Source: Diplonema japonicum (lineage: Eukaryota > Protista > Euglenozoa: Diplonemea). Taken from it: a stretch of DNA of 64,000 bases. Below the pieces are notes generated by a model. It was not told the origin of the DNA, did no database searches, and was given only the letters and a program-made list of their open reading frames with translations. Position numbers and translations under genes: made by a program. This document shows, one piece after another, positions 58,572-64,000 of the stretch (the stretch's first letter is position 1; each line of letters begins with the position of its first letter). The stretch lies in the NCBI GenBank assembly GCA_964019335.1, contig OZ025694.1, positions 476,324-540,323 of the forward strand, given 5' to 3'.

Positions 58572-58712
58572 GTCGTCTGTGTTTTTGTTGGTGCCTGCTG
58601 CGTCCGCTCGGTGTCCGTTCGTCGTCGTCTGGGGGGGTTGTTTCGGCCCGGCCCGCCTGCCGTTTAGCAAAGGATCCCCTCCCCCCTCAACACAAAAAAA
58701 AAAAAAATAAAA

Positions 58713-61700
58713 ATGGACCCTAGACGAAACGTCGTCGGAGACCGCCGCCCGCAGGAGGAACGCCTACGAGAGACGCCGACCAAGCCGACCACCCGACCAG
58801 ACCGAAATCTGGCCGGGCAGTATGACCCCTCCCCTCCCCTTAGATCCCCTCTAGATGTCGTAAAAAATAATAAAAAACATAAAAAAATAGAACCACCCGC
58901 AGCCAGCGCGCCCGCTCCCGATTCCGCAGCCGCCACCGCCACCCGCCTGAAGACTGAGAGGGGGGAAAAAAAGAAAGAAGGAGGGTGGGTGCTCACGGGA
59001 GGGGACCACCCCCCGGGCTTAAGAACAGGCCCAGCTCCCACCCACCCAGAGACCTTGCTCTCGGGGGGGTGGGAGTCCATTTCGGGGAACAAAGGGAGGG
59101 AAACCCTCCAATTTGGTTTCAGGTGGGTGGGTGCCCGTGCCAAAGTGCGCCGCACCACCCCGATCCCAGAGGGGGCCAGGGGTTGGGTGGCGGAGGTGGC
59201 CACCGCAGCGGGGCTGGGGATCACCCCAGACCAGGTGCTCGTAAATCGATACGAGCCTGGGTGTGGAATCGCCCACCACACCGACGACGTGAGGTTGGGA
59301 CCAGTGGTCCTCATCCTCTCGTACGGCGCAGAGACCACGATGGTCCTGAAGAAGGGGTCCAGGGTATCGAAGTACCTGGTGCCTCCCTTCACCTGGGCCA
59401 TTCTGGAGGGTGAGGCCCGCTACGAATGGACCCACCACATCCCCGAAGGGTGTTCTTCGGGCTCCAGGGTGTCGATCACCCTGCGGACGGTTGGCTGCCC
59501 CGTGCCCCTCCCCTCCCCCTCTGTGTCCTCTGTGGAGGAAATAGAAAAAAAAAAAACTGTGTTTGTGGGGAGAAGGAAAGAGAGTGCGAAGGAGGTGTCC
59601 CCGAGAGAGGGAGGCGCCCCTTCCCCCCCTTCCTCCGCTTCTTCTTGTTCTTCTTTCTCTTGTTTATCTGTCCCCCCTCTTGTAAATTCCCCCCTTGTAA
59701 ACCCCCCCATTGTAGATTCCCCCCCCTTTGTTTCTTCCCAGGGGGAGGACAAGAAAAAAATAGGTAAGGGTGCACTCCCGAGAGAGGGTAGCGCCCCTTC
59801 CTCTGCTTCTTCTATCTCTGGATTATCTGTCTCCCCTCTTGTAAACTCCCCCCCTTCCTCCGCTTCTTCTTTTTCTTCTTTCTCTTGTTTATCTGTCCCC
59901 CCTCTTGTAAATTCCCCCCTTGTAAACCCCCCCCTTGTAGATCCCCCCCCCTTTGTTCCCTCCCAGGAGGAGGATAAGAAAAAAAAAAAAGGGAAGGGTG
60001 CACTCCCGAGAGAGGGTAGCGCCCCTTCCTCTGCTTCTTCTATTTATGGTTTATCTGTCCCCCCTCTTGTAAATCCCCCCCTTGCAAACCCCCCCCAAGT
60101 GGATTCCCCCCCCTTTGTTTCCTCCCAGAAGGAGGATAAGAAGAAAAAAGAGAAGGGTGCTCTCCCTAGAGAGGTTAGCGCCCCTTCGGCCCCCCCATTG
60201 TCACCCCCCCTTTACACCCGGATCCGAATGGGTCCGGGACTTTTTTTGAGGGTGGAAAATAAACAAAAAAACACACCCACACTCACTAACAGGAGGGGGG
60301 TCCTGGCCCCCGTTTCCACCACCCTCCAGGGGGTGGTGGGGGCGGTGGCCCAGGAGGAAAGATGGAAGCCGGAGCGCGCCCCGCAGGGGAGGAATGGAGG
60401 GGGAGTACCCTGGTTGGCCCCGGGACCCCGGAAGACGAGGCAGACGGTGACGAAGGGCCGGAGGAGGAGACACCGTAGCGAGGCCACCCTCCAAAGGCGC
60501 CGCGAGGAGAGGGCCCAGGCCAGGGAGAAGGCTAGGGAAATCGCTGACAGGGAGCGGAGGAGGCTGCACCGCCAGAGAAGGGTCGAGAAGAGGAGGGAAA
60601 GGGAAGCCTGCAAGAAGAAGGGGTGCGGTCCCGCCCCTCCAGCTGTTGCAGCCCGGCTCATCGGGATAGCGGAAGCGGAGGAGAGGGCTGCGATGGCCAG
60701 GAGGGCCATCAGGTCGAGGGCCGGGAAACACCTTGCGAGGAAGAGGTGGGTGGCCAGGAGACGTTGGGGGCCCTATACCAGGGTGGTCTATCGGAGCCCC
60801 GTGCCCCCCCTCCCCTTAGAAGCCTCCTCGCTCAAAGGCGGAGCAACGCTTTCCCAACCCCCACCCCCGCCTCCGCCCCCAGGCGCAGCCGGAGGCCCCC
60901 CCGCCACCAGTAGGAGCACGGCCGGGGCTTCCCGAAGGACCGACGGAGTGTGGGAGTGCCTGCTGTGTGAGAAGGGTAAGAAAGAGCACTCGTCGAAGGC
61001 GGGCTTGCAGTACCACCTGTCGAAGACCCACGCCGGAGAGCTCACGCCAGAGAACGCGAAGGCGATGGGTTTCGCGATCTGCGGAGGGTGCAGCGTGCTG
61101 TTCACGGCGGGGAACAAGGAGCGGTGCGTGAATTGCCGGCCCAAGCCCGAGAAGGAGCCCTCCCGCCTCGTCCGTGGGATATCGGGCTCGTCTGTCACCA
61201 GGGAGTCGATCCTGCACGAGGTGGGTGCCAAGGAGGAGGATGCTGGGGGCGGAGGGGATTGCTTGTTCCGCTCTCTGGCGGTGGTGCTGCTGGGGGAGAA
61301 GGAACGACACGGAGAGGTGAGGAGTCGGGTGGTCAACCACATAAGGGACAACAGGGGCAGGTTCGAGAGCTTTGTGGATCCGATCGGTTTTGAGGCCTAC
61401 ATCCACTACATGGCAAAGCAAGGGGAGTGGGGGGACCACCTTTGTCTGCAGGCGGCGGTGGAGGTCTGGCAAAAGACGGTCGTGGTCGTGACCGGGGGTG
61501 ACGCCCAGGTCTTGAAGCTCGGGGAGGCAAGGGAACCGGAGGATACGGTGGTGCTTGGCTTCACGGGATCCCACTACAGGCCTGTGTTGGTCTCGGAGGG
61601 CGGAAAGTCCACCCTGGTGGATTGGGCGGTGGAGGCGAGGCTAGCCCCCTCGGGGACCAGGCCCGCCATCCTGGACCTCGCCCACCTCCTGATGCCGGAG

Positions 61701-63420
61701 TCCTCCATCAGGCCCAACGGACACCACATGAAGGATGCCCCACGACTGGACAGCAAGGTCAGGAGTTTCCAGTGCCCGGTGAGGGGGTGCGAGAGGTCGT
61801 CCCACATGGGAGGCCCGGCGATCTTGGGGTGGGAACTGCTGAAGTCCCACTTGAACGACCACCTGCTGGACGAGGAGGTACTCCCGCAGGAGCTGAAGAA
61901 GTTTGGCCTCAAGACCTGCGTGTGTGGGTCGGTGGTGGGCGAACGGGAGGCGGCTCACGTCAGGTGCATCGCCAGGTACAGCGCTCCTGGGGGTCCCGTG
62001 GATGTGAAGGCGGCCCCTAGCCGGGACGCACTTCCTTCTCTGGAGGAGGTGGCCACCCGGAAAGTGGGCCTCATGAAGCACATCCCCGTCCCGCTCCAAG
62101 GGTTGTGGAGTCTAGCGCTGAAGACGGCACTGGTGAGGGTGAAGCAGGAGAACTCCTACCTGTCGTGGGTGCTGCTCCTGATGCTTCCGAAGGCTTGCCT
62201 GGGCAGACGCAGGGGTGGAAAGGCACGTCGGAAGTCCGGGGAGAGCAGCGCCAAGCAGAAGTTGGAGGCCTGGATCAGAGGGGAGTACCAGCAGGTGTGG
62301 AACGGAGTCCCCCTATCGGAGAAGAGAGTCTCGAAGGATCCAGACGACGAATCCAGGCTGAAGAGAGGGGAGACGCTGTGCAGGGATGGGCGCTTCTCCA
62401 GAGCCAACGCAGCGCTAACTGCGGGAGGGTTGGCGGAGGACTCCACCGAGACCTTCGAGAAGCTCCTGGGCCTCCACCCTGAGGCATCGGTTGACCCCTC
62501 GGGGCTAGAACTGAATCCGGCTGACTCCTTCGAGGACGTCACGGCCGTCGACGTTCTGAGCATGGTCCGGGACTTTGACAAGGGGAAAGCGGCTGGGCCG
62601 ACTGGGTTGAGCGCCCAACACCTGAAGGACGGGGTGGACGGCGTGGTGACGGAAGTAGGGGCCCTGGCGGCTCTCACCGAGGTGTGCAATATCATGGCCA
62701 GAGGTCAGACTCCGGCTGAGGTGGCACCGGTGCTACTAGGGGCGAGCTTGATTCCGCTGCGGAAACCGGACAGGGGAGTCCGTCCGATCGCCGTAGGAGA
62801 GAGCCTGAGACGACTTGTAGGGAAGGCAATCCTTGACAAGGAAGGGGCGGAAGTGGCCAAGTCCTACCTGAGGAAGGGGGGCCAGATCGGGGTGGCGGTC
62901 CCCGCGGGGATGGAGGCGGCTGTCCACGCGACAAGGCAGTACGTGGAGAAGGCGAAACAGGACGACGTATCCCGAGTGGCGATCAAGATAGACTACGCAA
63001 ACGCCTTCAACACAATCAGCAGGTACGAGATGCTAAAGGAGGCGTGCGCGAAGGTTCCCAAGGGGTACAAGTGGGCCGAATCTTGCTACAGACACCCATC
63101 CAAGCTGTTCCACGAGGGGACGGAGCTACTCTCGAGGGAGGGGGTCCAGCAGGGCGACCCGGTGGGTCCGTTGCTGTTCTCCCTCGCGCTGCAGCCAGTA
63201 CTGGAGAAGATAAGGGCGGATACAAGTCTGGACCTCCAGTTCTTCTACCTCGATGACGGGTTCCTGGCCGGAGAGAGGGGACAGGTGGAGAAGGCCTACC
63301 GCATCGTGGTAGAGGAGTCGGCGAAGCGAGGCCTGAAGGTGAAGCCGCAGAAGTGCGAGTTGATCTGGGTGTCTGGTGAGAAGCCGACCGACCCAGAAGA
63401 GTGGGGCTTCTCCGGTTTCC
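58713..63420 (+). CDS. Retroelement polyprotein: AlkB - S/P repeats - basic tract - Zn fingers - OTU - Zn fingers - RT
   Basis: Manual translation shows no stop from ATG 58713 into the terminal repeat (~1570 codons). AlkB ~59100-59490, OTU ~61240-61590, RT ~62580-63370. Confidence 0.9.
59598..60190 (+). repeat. In-frame coding tandem repeat (about 3 units) in the retroelement ORF
   Basis: PREG(S/G)APS...LSVPPLVN-PL-NPP-VD-PPFV-SQ-EDKKK repeated three times. Confidence 0.85.
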
Positions 63421-64000
63421 GCAAACCCGCAAACCCGCAAACCCGCAAACCCGCAAACCCGCAAACCCGCAAACCCGCAAACCCGCAAACCCGCAAACCC
63501 GCAAACCCGCAAACCCGCAAACCCGCAAACCCGCAAACCCGCAAACCCCCGCAAACCCCCGCAAACCCCCGCAAACCCCCGCAAACCCCCGCAAACCCCC
63601 GCAAACCCCCGCAAACCCCCGCAAACCCCCGCAAACCCCCGCAAACCCCCGCAAACCCCCGCAAACCCCCGCAAACCCCCGCAAACCCCGCAAACCCGCA
63701 AACCCGCAAACCCGCAAACCCGCAAACCCGCAAACCCGCAAACCCGCAAACCCGCAAACCCGCAAACCCGCAAACCCGCAAACCCGCAAACCCGCAAACC
63801 CGCAAACCCGCAAACCCGCAAACCCGCAAACCCGCAAACCCGCAAACCCGCAAACCCGCAAACCCGCAAACCCGCAAACCCGCAAACCCGCAAACCCGCA
63901 AACCCGCAAACCCGCAAACCCGCAAACCCGCAAACCCGCAAACCCGCAAACCCGCAAACCCGCAAACCGCAAACCCGCAAACCCGCAAACCCGCAAACCC
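63419..64000 (+). repeat. (CCCGCAAA)n satellite with an internal block of 10-mer variants
   Basis: 15 x GCAAACCC (63421-63540), 14 x GCAAACCCCC (63541-63680), one 9-mer, then 8-mers to the window end. Confidence 0.97.

Larger units (their letters stand above)
58572..63420 (+). mobile_element. CRE/SLACS-clade non-LTR retrotransposon, 3' part missing
   Basis: Abuts the SL exon. The RT has CRE-type motifs AAGPTGL, LIPLRKPDRGVRPIAVGESLRRL, QIGV, IDYANAFN, GVQQGDPVGPLLF, YLDD and GL-V-P-KC. Confidence 0.92.

Noticed and set aside
58572-58680. Complete SL RNA gene (intron plus Sm site)
   Set aside because: A GT follows the exon, but I cannot verify an SL intron structure; treated as retroelement 5' UTR pending comparison.
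63016-63996. Minus-strand RVCGFAGL-repeat ORFs
   Set aside because: Translation of the octamer satellite.
63419-64000. Canonical telomere
   Set aside because: The C-rich strand runs toward the end (wrong polarity) and the unit is not TTAGGG; cannot be called from this window.

Overview
Eukaryotic nuclear DNA, almost certainly a diplonemid (Euglenozoa): a full 39-nt diplonemid-type spliced-leader (SL) sequence sits at 58533-58571. About 15 host genes all lie on the + strand, some with very short GT-AG introns. They encode HPP, an NBD-less ABCA-like protein, a TM thioredoxin, an MFS transporter, a coiled-coil protein, an Asp/Asn hydroxylase, an M6PR/ATG27-like protein, a lipase-like protein, a secreted Cys-rich protein, an inositol 5-phosphatase, a membrane TTL-like ligase, a RIG-I/Dicer-like helicase and a receptor cyclase-like protein. 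The spacers are AT-rich and full of MITEs, palindromes, a hAT remnant and reshuffled repeat modules. The highlight is missing from the ORF track because it has no stop codon in the window. Directly behind the SL exon is a CRE/SLACS-type non-LTR retrotransposon with one continuous ORF (58713 to at least 63420, ~1570 codons, translated by hand). It carries an intact-looking AlkB 2OG-Fe(II) dioxygenase, an OTU deubiquitinase, zinc fingers and reverse transcriptase, and is cut off by a (CCCGCAAA)n array. A second highlight is a 1745-aa helicase with an N-terminal Zn domain, apparently fused to a catalytically dead cellular RdRP. All homology calls come from motif recognition by eye; no searches were run.
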